Shown: positions 10,031 through 19,823, counted from the first letter of the stretch. The stretch: 64,000 nucleotides of DNA from Candidatus Daviesbacteria bacterium RIFCSPHIGHO2_12_FULL_37_16 (GCA_001776785.1 MFDF01000023.1:60432-124431); one strand, 5' to 3'. The notes: generated from the sequence alone by a model not told the origin. A program made the numbers and translations.

Positions 10031-10289
10031 AAAGATCTTTCCTTTCCTTTTTACTTGCGTCTCTGGCAGTAACTGGATAATACTTTTTGGGAGCTTTTCT
10101 TCTAATAATTATTGTTATCAGTCTATTACCACTTCTCCCAACTGCCATGTACCTGCCAGTATGAGTTTTTCTGTGATAAATAAAGTTTTTACCAATGTTT
10201 TCAACTTCTTCTGTAGAGACACTATGCTTCTTGATATGTTCTTTATTTACCTCATCCCAGATTAACTCAAGGATTATAATTCTTGTCAT
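10011..10289 (-). CDS. brnT: BrnT-family toxin (DUF497 ribonuclease)
   Basis: WDEVNKEHIKKHSVSTEEVE ... LITIIIRRKA...PVTARDASKKERKDY matches the BrnT/DUF497 pattern. Confidence 0.6.
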   Translation of the reverse strand: MTRIIILELIWDEVNKEHIKKHSVSTEEVENIGKNFIYHRKTHTGRYMAVGRSGNRLITIIIRRKAPKKYYPVTARDASKKERKDLYAKEKK

Positions 10290-10396
10290 ATTGTATTACA
10301 CTGTAATATATTTGTCAATGAAAAGTCAATTAGGCCCATAATTTTAGGCTCGATTGGGGGTTGACAAGCTCAGCTCGTGCGTGTTAGGCTCATACC

Positions 10397-10672
10397 GTGC
10401 CTAAAATAAGTTTGGACGAGAAAAGACTTCAGATACTAAGGCAGCAGCTCTCCCAAAAGAGTATGAGCTTAAGTTCCAAAAAAACTAAGGAAGTGGAAAT
10501 GAGGGAGATCTCTACTCCTGTGGCTGCGACTACCGCTGCATTAAAGATTGAGGATACAAACTACCTATATAAAGATTTAAGAAAAATTATCATTTTGTCT
10601 GTTTTAGCTTTAGCTCTACAGGGAATTCTATATTACAGTCTGCAAATGAATTTAATTCGTTTGTGGTTTTAA
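10397..10672 (+). CDS. Possible small Lys-rich protein with a C-terminal TM helix (GTG start); uncertain
   Basis: ORF preceded by a TTGACA-like box. GC-rich leader. No homology recognised. Confidence 0.25.
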   Translation: MPKISLDEKRLQILRQQLSQKSMSLSSKKTKEVEMREISTPVAATTAALKIEDTNYLYKDLRKIIILSVLALALQGILYYSLQMNLIRLWF

Positions 10673-10700
10673 AATAGAATTTTGAGAGGGGGTGAATTTT

Positions 10701-10850
10701 ATGGCAGTACAAATGTATTGTGTTAAGTGTCGCCAAAAAAGAGATGCTGAGAATGCTGAAGCAGTTACCATGAAAAATGGTAAACCAGCAATGAAAGGAA
10801 AGTGTCCAGTTTGTGGTACAGGAATGTACAAAATTGGTGCAGCATCATAA
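10701..10850 (+). CDS. 49-aa zinc-ribbon mini-protein (two CxxC pairs)
   Basis: MAVQMYCVKCRQKRDAENAEAVTMKNGKPAMKGKCPVCGTGMYKIGAAS. Strong RBS (GAGAGGGGGTGA) 7 nt upstream. Followed by an intrinsic terminator. Below the ORF-track length cut-off. Confidence 0.5.
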   Translation: MAVQMYCVKCRQKRDAENAEAVTMKNGKPAMKGKCPVCGTGMYKIGAAS

Positions 10851-10879
10851 AGTTGGCATCAGTTAATTGATGAAAATTT

Positions 10880-10908
10880 AATCCCCCCAAGTTTGGGGGG
10901 ATTTTTTT
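10880..10908 (+). terminator. Rho-independent terminator (ATCCCCCC-loop-GGGGGGAT then T7)
   Basis: Perfect 8-bp GC stem then TTTTTTT. Also sits just downstream of the convergent comM. Confidence 0.6.
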
Positions 10909-10946
10909 AGAGATTGCCACGTCGCTTCGCTCCTCGCAATGACGGT
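10908..10946 (+). repeat. Family-1 repeat copy (AGAGATTGCCACGTCGCTTCGCTCCTCGCAATGACGG)
   Basis: See 44031-44068. Located immediately after the terminator T-run. Confidence 0.6.
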
Positions 10947-10964
10947 TTGGCTGGAGAGATGTAG

Positions 10965-12494
10965 TTAAGCATCTGATTTAGCCCTATATTGGAGGGCTTC
11001 TGCAATGTGGTGCTGTTCAATATGTTCTGAATCTGCTAGATCTGCAATGGTTCTGGATAATTTTAATATCCTGTGATAACTTCTGGCTGATAAATTCATC
11101 TGGACTATAGCTAATTTTAATAAATCCAAAGCTTCTTTTTTAATTGTGCAAAACTGTTTAATTTGGGAATTATTCATCTCTGAATTGGTTAGAATTCCTG
11201 TTCCTGCAAACCTTTTTGACTGGATTTTTCTTGTTTTCTCAACCCTTTTTTTAATCTCTTTTGAGGTTTCAGATTTTAGGTCTCCTGTTAATTTTTCAAC
11301 ATCAACAGCTGGTACATCTAAATGAATATCTATCCTGTCTAAAAGGGGGCCTGATAATTTTTTCTGGTACCTTGAGACCTGGCCCGGCATGCAGATACAG
11401 CTTTTTTTAATGTCCCCCAAAAACCCGCAGGGGCAGGGATTTTGGGCAGCCAGCAAAATAAACTGGGCTGGGAAGGATAAAGACCCGGAAGCCCTGGAGA
11501 TAACAACATGCCTATCCTCTAAAGGTTGCCTTAGGGATTCTAAAACCTGTCTTGGAAATTCAGGCAGTTCATCTAAAAATAGGACACCTCTGTGAGAGAG
11601 AGAAACCTCACCAGGTTTAATATTATTTCCTCCACCTATAATCCCAACATAAGAAGCTGTATGGTGAGGGGCCCTAAAGGGCCTTGTTTTTATAATTGCC
11701 TCATCTTTAGAAAGGTTTCCTGAGACTGAATAGATCTGGGTGATTTCTAATGCTTCATCTAAAGATAAAGAAGGGAGAATAGAAGGGAAAGTCCTGGCAA
11801 GCATGGTTTTACCTGCACCTGGAGGGCCTTTTAATAAAACATTGTGGGCACCTGCAGCTGCAATTTCTAAAGCCCTTTTTGATTGTTCCTGGCCTTTAAT
11901 CTGGGAAAAATCATACTCATAAAGCCCTTCTTTTTCTAAATTGATTTTAGTTTTGGGCTGGGGAGTAAAGGAGACAGATTTATTCAAAAAACTTACAACA
12001 TCTTTTAAATTTTCAAAGCCATAGATTTTTACTCCATCTATAATTGCTGCTTCAACTGCATTATCTTTTGGAATAATAATTTTTTTTAGACCTAATTTTT
12101 TTGCAAGAATAGTTAAGGGTAAAACTCCATGGGTATATCTTAAAGACCCATCAAGGGAGAGCTCACCTACATATAATATATCCTCTTCTACCTTTTCTAA
12201 CTGGCCTGAGCCAATTAAAATCCCTACTGCAATTCCTAAATCATATAAAGGTCCTTCTTTGGGTAGATCTGCAGGAGCTAAATTAACAGTGATCCTTTTT
12301 GGGGGAAAGTCTGCGCCTGAATTTCTTAAAGCTGAGCGGACCCTTTCTTTGGATTCATCGATTGCTTTGTCTCCTAAACCAACAATGGAAAAAGAGGGGA
12401 GGCCTTGGGAGGCTATGTCTACTTCAATAGTGACAGGGGTTGAGTTGAGCCCTAAATTTGCACCGGATAAAACCTTGGCAAGCATTAAAAACAT
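10965..12494 (-). CDS. comM: YifB/ComM family Mg-chelatase-like AAA+ ATPase
   Basis: N-terminal Lon-like domain. Walker A GPPGAGKT. C-terminal Mg-chelatase ChlI-like region. Confidence 0.85.
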   Translation of the reverse strand: MFLMLAKVLSGANLGLNSTPVTIEVDIASQGLPSFSIVGLGDKAIDESKERVRSALRNSGADFPPKRITVNLAPADLPKEGPLYDLGIAVGILIGSGQLEKVEEDILYVGELSLDGSLRYTHGVLPLTILAKKLGLKKIIIPKDNAVEAAIIDGVKIYGFENLKDVVSFLNKSVSFTPQPKTKINLEKEGLYEYDFSQIKGQEQSKRALEIAAAGAHNVLLKGPPGAGKTMLARTFPSILPSLSLDEALEITQIYSVSGNLSKDEAIIKTRPFRAPHHTASYVGIIGGGNNIKPGEVSLSHRGVLFLDELPEFPRQVLESLRQPLEDRHVVISRASGSLSFPAQFILLAAQNPCPCGFLGDIKKSCICMPGQVSRYQKKLSGPLLDRIDIHLDVPAVDVEKLTGDLKSETSKEIKKRVEKTRKIQSKRFAGTGILTNSEMNNSQIKQFCTIKKEALDLLKLAIVQMNLSARSYHRILKLSRTIADLADSEHIEQHHIAEALQYRAKSDA

Positions 12495-12543
12495 TAAAAC
12501 ACAAAGAGCTTATATTTTAAAATACTAAGATTAAAGTTATGTG

Positions 12544-12614
12544 CTGCGGGACTAGGGCTCGAACCTAGATTAGAGGATTCAGAGTCCTCTGTACTACCAT
12601 TATACGATCCCGCA
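12544..12614 (-). tRNA. tRNA-Gln (anticodon CTG)
   Basis: Hand-folded cloverleaf. Acceptor TGCGGGA/TCCCGCA. D-loop with GG. Anticodon stem GAGGA/TCCTC, loop CTCTGAA. T-arm CTAGG-TTCGAGC-CCTAG. Discriminator G. No encoded CCA. Confidence 0.75.
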
Positions 12615-12660
12615 ATGTTTCTAACCTGTTAATTTTACCAAAAGGGGGATTAATTTAAAA

Positions 12661-13164
12661 TTATCTACGCTGGAGCTGGTTAATTTTTTTAAAGTCCCTA
12701 TAAACCCTAATCAGGTGTGCAACATTCCATCCTAAGTCTCTTAACTGCTCCCTTTGTTTGTCATCCATTCTTACAGGTCCTCTATTTTCTGATGCAACCA
12801 AAAAAGCATCTCTAATCAATTCTCTTTCGATCCCTGTAACCTCTTTTCCATGACTATCTGCAAGGTCTGTAATACTCTCAAGCATTTTAGACGCTTTCCA
12901 AACACCATGCAGGTAATGACCCTGTGGTAAAAGTTGAAAATAACCTGTTCTAACAAAATGACCAGGATCTAGTATATGCTCATTCCAATCGAGTAAAGTA
13001 CATTTCAAATCGAAAGGAAGATAACTTGCACTTAAAACTGTTTGCCTAGTTTTCTGGTACCTTTCATTAGCATTTTGTTGCGCTTGGAATGCAACTTCCA
13101 TTCTTTTTCTTTCTCTTTCATCCATAATATAGCATATTATATCAACTACTATAAGATAATTCAA
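12661..13164 (-). CDS. Hypothetical protein (167 aa; the start may be the internal Met 13 codons downstream of the first ATG)
   Basis: Clean ORF. No domain recognised. Confidence 0.4.
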   Translation of the reverse strand: MNYLIVVDIICYIMDERERKRMEVAFQAQQNANERYQKTRQTVLSASYLPFDLKCTLLDWNEHILDPGHFVRTGYFQLLPQGHYLHGVWKASKMLESITDLADSHGKEVTGIERELIRDAFLVASENRGPVRMDDKQREQLRDLGWNVAHLIRVYRDFKKINQLQRR

Positions 13165-13213
13165 ACTTAATAATCATAATTTATTATTAATTAGTTTTTG
13201 ATATACTCCAATT

Positions 13214-13714
13214 ATGAATTCTTTTTCTATTTGGATTGTGCCTTCTGGAGATGTAAAAAAGAAGCTTGAAGGGGTTATTTTAGATTTAAGCCAGAAATAT
13301 AACTCGCCAGTTTTTGAGCCTCATATGACACTTTTGGGGGATATATCAGTTGATGAAAAATCTGTACTAGAAAAGGCAAAAATTTTAACTTCAAAAATTA
13401 AACCTTTCACAGTAGAACTTGGGGAAATATCTTTTAGCACAACATATTTTCAATCAGTTTTTGTGAGAATTAAATCTAATGCAGAACTTATGAATGCTAA
13501 TTTAGCTGCAAAAGAAATATTTGGAGTTGATAATAATGTTTTTATGCCCCATATCAGTCTTTTGTATGGTGATTATGACATGGAGTTAAGGGAAAAAGTT
13601 GCAAAAGAAATTAAATTACCTTCTAATTTATCTTTTAATGTAGATAAACTTGTTATAATACCAAGTTTTCCAGAACCTAAGGACTGGAAACACTTAGCTA
13701 AACTCCCACTTTAA
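13214..13714 (+). CDS. 2H phosphoesterase family (LigT/ThpR-like 2'-5' RNA ligase / cyclic phosphodiesterase)
   Basis: Two H-x-[TS]-x motifs, PHMTLLGD and PHISLLYGD, at the expected spacing. Confidence 0.7.
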   Translation: MNSFSIWIVPSGDVKKKLEGVILDLSQKYNSPVFEPHMTLLGDISVDEKSVLEKAKILTSKIKPFTVELGEISFSTTYFQSVFVRIKSNAELMNANLAAKEIFGVDNNVFMPHISLLYGDYDMELREKVAKEIKLPSNLSFNVDKLVIIPSFPEPKDWKHLAKLPL

Positions 13715-13755
13715 ATTCTCAGTAAAATTTTTTACAAATTTAGTAAGATATTGGG

Positions 13756-14721
13756 ATGGCTTATGAATTTACCTCCTTTTTAGAGAAGAGAAGACAACAA
13801 AGAAGAAATAAAAAGATTGTTAGAATTTTAGGTTTTTCCATAGTTATATTATTTGCAGTTTTTTTTATCCCAGGTTTTCTTAGAGATAGGCCTGCAATTT
13901 TGGGAGAACTGGTTAAACCAAATGTTAAATCCACCCAGGCTACACCCACTATTGAGTCAAGTAAAAATTTAGAACAGGCTGTATCAAAAGCTTTAATTGG
14001 GACCCAGGGAGAGTATGCAGTTTATATTAAGAATTTAAAAACTAATGAATCCTTTTTTTTGAACGAACACCAGGTATTTGAGTCAGGAAGTTTATACAAA
14101 CTTTGGGTAATGGGTGAGGCTTTTAAGCAGATTGAGGAAGGAATTATTCAAGAAGATGAAGTTTTATCCCAGGACATTGCCACATTAAATAGAAAGTTTT
14201 CTATTGATCCAGAGTTGGTTGAACAAACTGAAGGAGGGATTACACTAACTGTAGCCCAGGCTTTAAACCAGATGATAACTATATCCCACAACTATGCAGC
14301 ACTACTTTTGACTGAGAAGTTAAAACTTTCTCAGGTAAAAAAGTACCTTGAGGATAATGGTTTTAAGGAATCACAGGTAGGGTCTGAAACTGAGCCTCCA
14401 AAAACTACTGCTTTTGATACAGCTTTATTTTTGGAGAAGTTATATAGGGGAGAGCTTGGCAGCAGTGAGAGCAATGTAAAGATGATGGAGCTTTTAAAAA
14501 ACCAGAAATTAAATAAAAAGCTTCCAAAATATTTGCCAGAGGGTACAGTTTTAGCCCACAAAACTGGAGAGATTGGCTGGTTTTCTCATGATGGAGGAAT
14601 TGTTTTTCAAGAAAATGGGGATTATATAATTGTAGTTTTATCTGAAAGCAGTGTACCTGCAGGGGCAGAAGACAGGATTGCTAAAATTTCAGAAGCTGCT
14701 TATCAATATTTTTCTCAATAG
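13756..14721 (+). CDS. Class A beta-lactamase-like serine hydrolase with an N-terminal TM anchor
   Basis: S-x-x-K (SGSLYK), an SDN-like ISHN, and KTG (HKTGEIG). Confidence 0.65.
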   Translation: MAYEFTSFLEKRRQQRRNKKIVRILGFSIVILFAVFFIPGFLRDRPAILGELVKPNVKSTQATPTIESSKNLEQAVSKALIGTQGEYAVYIKNLKTNESFFLNEHQVFESGSLYKLWVMGEAFKQIEEGIIQEDEVLSQDIATLNRKFSIDPELVEQTEGGITLTVAQALNQMITISHNYAALLLTEKLKLSQVKKYLEDNGFKESQVGSETEPPKTTAFDTALFLEKLYRGELGSSESNVKMMELLKNQKLNKKLPKYLPEGTVLAHKTGEIGWFSHDGGIVFQENGDYIIVVLSESSVPAGAEDRIAKISEAAYQYFSQ

Positions 14722-14723
14722 TT

Positions 14724-15638
14724 TTACTTAAGAGTGCAGAAGAGTTGGGGGAAGGAAATCCTGAAGAATCCAAAGTTTAGGGTCCTAACCCTAATCTGAC
14801 AGGATATATTTAGTCCAAAGAAGGGATTAGGGGCTGAACTAGGTGTTGCAGATGGTGAAGAGGTTGGTGTAGCTGATGGAATTGAGGTAGGTGTGGCAGA
14901 AGGGGTAGCTGTAGGTGTAGGCTGCGCAGTTGGTGAAGCTGAAGGAGTAGCAGTGGGGGTTGCACTTGGAGTTGCTGTTGGAGAGGGAGTGGCCTCTGGT
15001 TCAATGTCAGACTGGGAGTTTTGGGGCTGGGGTACATCTCTTACTACAAAATCATCTCCATTGTTATTTGTATCTTCTGCATTGCCCATGTTTATATCAA
15101 CTCCTGAGGACATACTCTGCGGGGTTGAAGAAGAGTTTGCTTTTCTTTCCAGACTCTGGCCTGATGAAGGAGTGGCAGCTGCAGTTGTTTCTGTATCTAA
15201 AGCTGTTCCAAAGCCTACTTTATCAACTAGAGTTGTGCCTGAGTCAGAAAATAAAGAGAGAGTATTATCATCTGCAATTACTCCTGATGAGTAAACTAAG
15301 TCAGCAGAAGGAGAAGCAAATGATTCATCATGGGTTATTAAGAAAAATCCATTTGAAGGGATAGTCCCTGACAAAGATGCTACCAGGCTTGTTTCAGGAG
15401 ATCCATCCTGAGGTTTTTTTGTTAATCTCCAACCTGCAAGATCTACTGGAGAGGAGGTTGGGTTATAAAGCTCAATAAATTCATCATTTGCACTACTGCC
15501 TCTGACCATAATTTCTGAAATGACTATGTTTGTGGCTGCAGCAGATTTAACTGATGTTACCTGGTGTAAGTAGATTAGGGAGAGTGTTGTTAGGGCTGTA
15601 AGAGATAAAAAGATGGGAAGGGCAGTTTTTCTCATCAA
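14724..15638 (-). CDS. Secreted lamin-tail-domain (LTD) protein with a long Ala/Thr/Pro/Ser low-complexity tail
   Basis: Signal peptide. IVISEIMVRGSSANDEFIELYNPTSSPVDLAGWRL is the LTD signature. C-terminal (ATPS)n repeats generate the spurious ORFs on the opposite strand. Confidence 0.7.
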   Translation of the reverse strand: MMRKTALPIFLSLTALTTLSLIYLHQVTSVKSAAATNIVISEIMVRGSSANDEFIELYNPTSSPVDLAGWRLTKKPQDGSPETSLVASLSGTIPSNGFFLITHDESFASPSADLVYSSGVIADDNTLSLFSDSGTTLVDKVGFGTALDTETTAAATPSSGQSLERKANSSSTPQSMSSGVDINMGNAEDTNNNGDDFVVRDVPQPQNSQSDIEPEATPSPTATPSATPTATPSASPTAQPTPTATPSATPTSIPSATPTSSPSATPSSAPNPFFGLNISCQIRVRTLNFGFFRISFPQLFCTLK

Positions 15639-15811
15639 TTTTATTTTAGTGAAGATAGGATTTTAGTCAAGACAGCAAATTTATCGGCTATTTTGAGAAA
15701 AGTTAAATTTATGTAAATAAAAGTAATAAATGTGTAAGAATTTGGTATTTTTGGGCTTATTGGGGTTGTCAAAACTAGATTTTTTGGTAAGATTGGAAGA
15801 ATAAATTATCT

Positions 15812-16972
15812 ATGGATAATATTCTAGAAACTATTAATAAATCTGGACTGAGGCTCTTAGAACCACTAACACTTTCTGAAACTTATGAGATTATTGTAAA
15901 AGAAGCAATAAGATTGGTGGATGCGGCTTATGGTTCCCTAACTTTAATTTCAGGTGACAAATTTTCTCAGGTTTATTCAACTCTCCCTATAACTGTAAAA
16001 AGACGCAAAAAAGGCTTTACATATAAAGCTTTAAAATCAAGAAAAATTTTAATAGTTAACACAGAAAAGACTGATGGTTTTCTAAAACTCTATCCAGACT
16101 ATCAAAATTTAGGAATAAAATCGGTTGTGTTGATCCCTTTGTTTTACAAAAAAGAGGCTATTGGAGTACTAGCAATAAATTCTTTTAGAAGTGAACATTT
16201 TAACAAAAGAGAGCTTGATATTTTACAGCTGTTTGGATCTTTTGCCACTTTAGCAATAAGAAAAAATCAACTTTATGATGAGGTTAAAAAAGCTTTAGAG
16301 ATAAGAGATCTTTTTATATCTATGGCTGCTCATGAATTAAGAACTCCATTAACTTCTGTAAATGGATATATTCAGCTTTTGAGAAGCAAACAAACAAATT
16401 CTAATACCCCTGAATCTAGATGGATAGAGCAACTATATGGTGAGAGTTTGAGAATGACAAGTTTAGTAAATGAATTATTAGAGATAAACCGAATTAGATC
16501 GGGGAAGTTAAATTTTATTTTAAAGGAGTGCCACGTTGGTCAGTTAATTAGAAAGATAGAGAATGATTTGAAAGTTTCTTATCCTAACAGAAAATTTGTT
16601 ATTGAAGATCAGACAGGAGATAGATCCGATTTGGTGATTGGAGATTCAGATAAAATATCCCAAGCATTGTTTAATTTAGTAGAGAATGCTATTAAATTTT
16701 CGCCAGAGAGCACTCCAGTTGTCATGAATTTAAAGAATAAAAGTGGGAATTTGATTGTACAAGTAAAAGATAAAGGTGTAGGAATTCCTAAAAAGGATTT
16801 GGATTTAATTTTTAGAGCATTTCAGCAGGGAGAGCATAGTAGGGAGGGTTTAGGTTTGGGACTTTATCTTGTGAATAATATTGTTGAGAATCTGCGAGGA
16901 AATATAAAAATATCTTCTAAAATAAACAAAGGAACAACAGTAGAGGTTATTTTTCCACAAGCAAGAACATGA
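15812..16972 (+). CDS. Cytoplasmic sensor histidine kinase (GAF + HisKA + HATPase_c), no TM
   Basis: H-box AAHELRTPLTSV. N-box NLVENAIKFS. G-boxes DKGVGIP and GLGLGLYLV. Confidence 0.8.
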   Translation: MDNILETINKSGLRLLEPLTLSETYEIIVKEAIRLVDAAYGSLTLISGDKFSQVYSTLPITVKRRKKGFTYKALKSRKILIVNTEKTDGFLKLYPDYQNLGIKSVVLIPLFYKKEAIGVLAINSFRSEHFNKRELDILQLFGSFATLAIRKNQLYDEVKKALEIRDLFISMAAHELRTPLTSVNGYIQLLRSKQTNSNTPESRWIEQLYGESLRMTSLVNELLEINRIRSGKLNFILKECHVGQLIRKIENDLKVSYPNRKFVIEDQTGDRSDLVIGDSDKISQALFNLVENAIKFSPESTPVVMNLKNKSGNLIVQVKDKGVGIPKKDLDLIFRAFQQGEHSREGLGLGLYLVNNIVENLRGNIKISSKINKGTTVEVIFPQART

Positions 16973-18042
16973 CAGAATCTATTCCAGAAGTAAAAAAAAT
17001 TATAAGACGTAATTCTGCATTATGGTTTGAACCCATAATGAGAGTAGAAGGACTACCTTTAATTGAACATCTTCAGGATAGGAATCCCCAACATTTTAAT
17101 AAGTTAACTTATTTGAGCGCCAGTTCTTATGGAAGAGCGCAGAGGTTGAAAGAGCAGATAACAATAGAGATTGATATTTTAGGGTTAACGGGTTTAGCAA
17201 AATCTCTTCTTAGAGAAGAACTTTGTAATTTTTTTGAACCGATCGGACCAACTTTTACACATGATTATGAAGTGTCTATTGCTTTAGCTACGTTGCAAGG
17301 AAAAGTAAAAAATCCTAGTGGTCAGAGGACAGAGGAGGAGTTTCAAAGATCAAACGAAGAAGATAATAGGTTAATTAGTCTTTTTTTGGATCATATTGAG
17401 GTTAACAAGTTTTTTGTTCGAGAAAAACCTGGAATTACTCAGGATCCCTTTACGAAAGCTGGGTCTGTTAGAGGAGACTGGAGTTTTGATAAAAGGTTTA
17501 GGCATAGAAGGTCTCTTTTCGACATAATCATGGGAGGTGAAGAGGAGTTTAGAAGAGCCAATGTTTACAGGAGGGCAGTTTTAGCCAGTGAGACTAAAGA
17601 TGCAAATTGGAGTTCTGGTTATAATGCTTTCGTTCAGCATTCTAAGGCTGCAGCCCTACAGATTTATACTCTAGCAGGGCGCGAAGAAGGAATGCGCTAT
17701 GAAGAGCTTGATAAATACAAAGGAATGCCCCTGGAAGAAATTGGATCTTATTTATATAGAGAGGAAGGGGCGATGGTGGAATTTATAAGAGATGTACTTA
17801 GCAAGAGAGTCTCTCTTTTTCTTCACGGTGCCTACAATTCAGAGAGAGTGATATTTTTTTGCAATGAATTAAAAGAGGATTGGTCAACAGCTTTCAAAGG
17901 ATACTCAAAAGTTGCCCTGAATTCCAGGTTGGGCATACACAGAGCTTTGTGGAAACATTCTCAAAAAACAGGAGATAAAAGTTTAGGAGCTGAACTTAAA
18001 AGTATGAAGGTTCCAGAATTAATAGAGATAGAAGAGAGGTAA
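16969..18042 (+). CDS. Hypothetical protein (357 aa) translationally coupled to the histidine kinase (ATGA overlap)
   Basis: 4-nt start/stop overlap with the kinase gene. No domain recognised (a weak R-x4-H near the C-terminus). Confidence 0.55.
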   Translation: MTESIPEVKKIIRRNSALWFEPIMRVEGLPLIEHLQDRNPQHFNKLTYLSASSYGRAQRLKEQITIEIDILGLTGLAKSLLREELCNFFEPIGPTFTHDYEVSIALATLQGKVKNPSGQRTEEEFQRSNEEDNRLISLFLDHIEVNKFFVREKPGITQDPFTKAGSVRGDWSFDKRFRHRRSLFDIIMGGEEEFRRANVYRRAVLASETKDANWSSGYNAFVQHSKAAALQIYTLAGREEGMRYEELDKYKGMPLEEIGSYLYREEGAMVEFIRDVLSKRVSLFLHGAYNSERVIFFCNELKEDWSTAFKGYSKVALNSRLGIHRALWKHSQKTGDKSLGAELKSMKVPELIEIEER

Positions 18043-18047
18043 GGAAT

Positions 18048-18911
18048 ATGATAGAAAGTTGGCAAGGGTCTAAACCAGTTTTTTTGTTGGACAATCAAAA
18101 AACTTTAACCCAGCATGTAATACATGAAAGAAATAGAAATCACCAACAGCCACAAGATTATAGTTATGATGATTATTTATTAGTCGAAAAGATGGTTGAT
18201 TGTTTGCGAAGAGAACATTGGGGGGAAATTTCTAAGGATAGGATTAATAGAGAAGATGCTTTATTTTTTCAAATAAGTCTTTTAGATTTAGCTATTTCAA
18301 AAGAAATTGATATTAATGATCTTGGTAATGGTTTTAATTTGATGGAATACTTGTTAAAAGCACCAAAAAAAGATGGAATATCTTCTATACCTAGTATTAG
18401 TTCATCCTCAAATGATCAAATAACAGATTGGAAATTAACCGATGAAGCTAAAAGTTTAGTTAAAATGATTCATGATGATTTAAAATGCCCACAGTTTGTA
18501 GTTACAGGCATTGGTATCGATCAGAGGACAGAGCTATTTGAAAATTTTACTAAGCAAGGAGTTCTGGAATATTTAGATGATCCGCAATTTATATTACGAC
18601 TAGGTAGGATTGGTTCTACACATATTCACAAAGCATTTGTGAATGCCGCAGTGCGCAATCTAGGAGAGCCTACAATTCATGTGGATGACGATCCCAATAC
18701 AATAGGAACAGTACAAGCGCTTGTTGGTGGTGCGCATGTATTAGTTTCAACACCAGAAGAGGTTGAGTTCTATACTAGATCTAGAGGTTTAGACTCGATA
18801 AAAAATCAAAAATCAGGACCCATTTTTCAAAAAGGAGTAGATGGAGATACTATGCTGGAATTAGCTCATAAAGCCTATGATTGGTGGCGAGATCAACCAG
18901 CTAGTCTTTGA
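18048..18911 (+). CDS. Hypothetical protein (287 aa)
   Basis: 5-nt gap after the previous gene with RBS GAGGTAAGGAA. Its 3' end overlaps the convergent response regulator by 11 nt. Confidence 0.55.
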   Translation: MIESWQGSKPVFLLDNQKTLTQHVIHERNRNHQQPQDYSYDDYLLVEKMVDCLRREHWGEISKDRINREDALFFQISLLDLAISKEIDINDLGNGFNLMEYLLKAPKKDGISSIPSISSSSNDQITDWKLTDEAKSLVKMIHDDLKCPQFVVTGIGIDQRTELFENFTKQGVLEYLDDPQFILRLGRIGSTHIHKAFVNAAVRNLGEPTIHVDDDPNTIGTVQALVGGAHVLVSTPEEVEFYTRSRGLDSIKNQKSGPIFQKGVDGDTMLELAHKAYDWWRDQPASL

Positions 18912-19572
18912 TCATGTAACCGAAGCCGCGGACAGAGTGTAAGAGTTTTTGGTGGGCAGACTCATCAATCTTTTTTCTTAGGTAACCCATATAAACATCT
19001 ACCACCCTTGTTTCTATATCCGGGGAATATAACCAAACCCTGTTTAAAATCATTTCCCTGGTTAAGATCCTGCCCTTATTGCTCATTAAATACTGCAGGA
19101 GTTTAAATTCCTGAGGTGTCAGCTGTATATTTTTTTCTTTTCTTTTTACCTCTAAGGTCTTATTGTCTAATTCTAGATCTCCAACTTTGAGTTTAGTATC
19201 CTGGATGCCTTTGCTTCTAAGCCTGGCTTTTACCCTAGCCAAAAGTTCATCTGCCACAAAGGGTTTAGTCATATAATCATCAGCTCCTAAATTTAGACCC
19301 TGGACTATATCTGAAACTGCATCTTTGGCAGTTAGAATAATTACAGGTAGGTCAGGATATTTTTTTCTGATTTCCATACAGACTGCTTCACCGCTCATAT
19401 TGGGTAGGCCTAAATCCAGAATAACCAGGTCTGGTTCTGATTTAGAGATTGAGTTTAGTGCCTGAATACCATCTGAAGCTGATTGGGCTGAAAAGCCATT
19501 ATCCAAAAGAAGTTCCTTTAAGTATTTTTGTAAACCTGAGTCATCTTCAACAATGAGGATTGTGCTTGTCAT
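18901..19572 (-). CDS. OmpR/PhoB-family response regulator (REC + winged-helix Trans_reg_C)
   Basis: ILIVEDD...D53-like LVILDLGLPNMSG...K. C-terminus ...VWLYSP...RVVDVYMGYLRKKID. Confidence 0.8.
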   Translation of the reverse strand: MTSTILIVEDDSGLQKYLKELLLDNGFSAQSASDGIQALNSISKSEPDLVILDLGLPNMSGEAVCMEIRKKYPDLPVIILTAKDAVSDIVQGLNLGADDYMTKPFVADELLARVKARLRSKGIQDTKLKVGDLELDNKTLEVKRKEKNIQLTPQEFKLLQYLMSNKGRILTREMILNRVWLYSPDIETRVVDVYMGYLRKKIDESAHQKLLHSVRGFGYMIKD

Positions 19573-19823
19573 AGGTTTTCAAAAAAATTATATAGAGATA
19601 TCAATTTATTTTCAAGTATCCTCTTACTAATTTTGGAAGTTTTTTTGAGGCTACTGTGCATATCCTTACAATATTATTACAAAAAAATTAACTTTTTTAT
19701 TACTGATGCTCAGTATTATTGCTATGTGATTAAAGTAAATAAAGTATTAATAAGAATAGTTAAAAATACATTCCTATATGATTTTGTAGTACTTTTTTCT
19801 GCCCCTGTTAAGTAATATTTTAA

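Noticed and set aside
14810-15364. Three overlapping ORFs (75, 133 and 134 aa) opposite the LTD gene
   Set aside because: Generated by the ATPS low-complexity repeat, which stays open in several frames. The LTD signature and signal peptide support only the minus-strand 304-aa frame.
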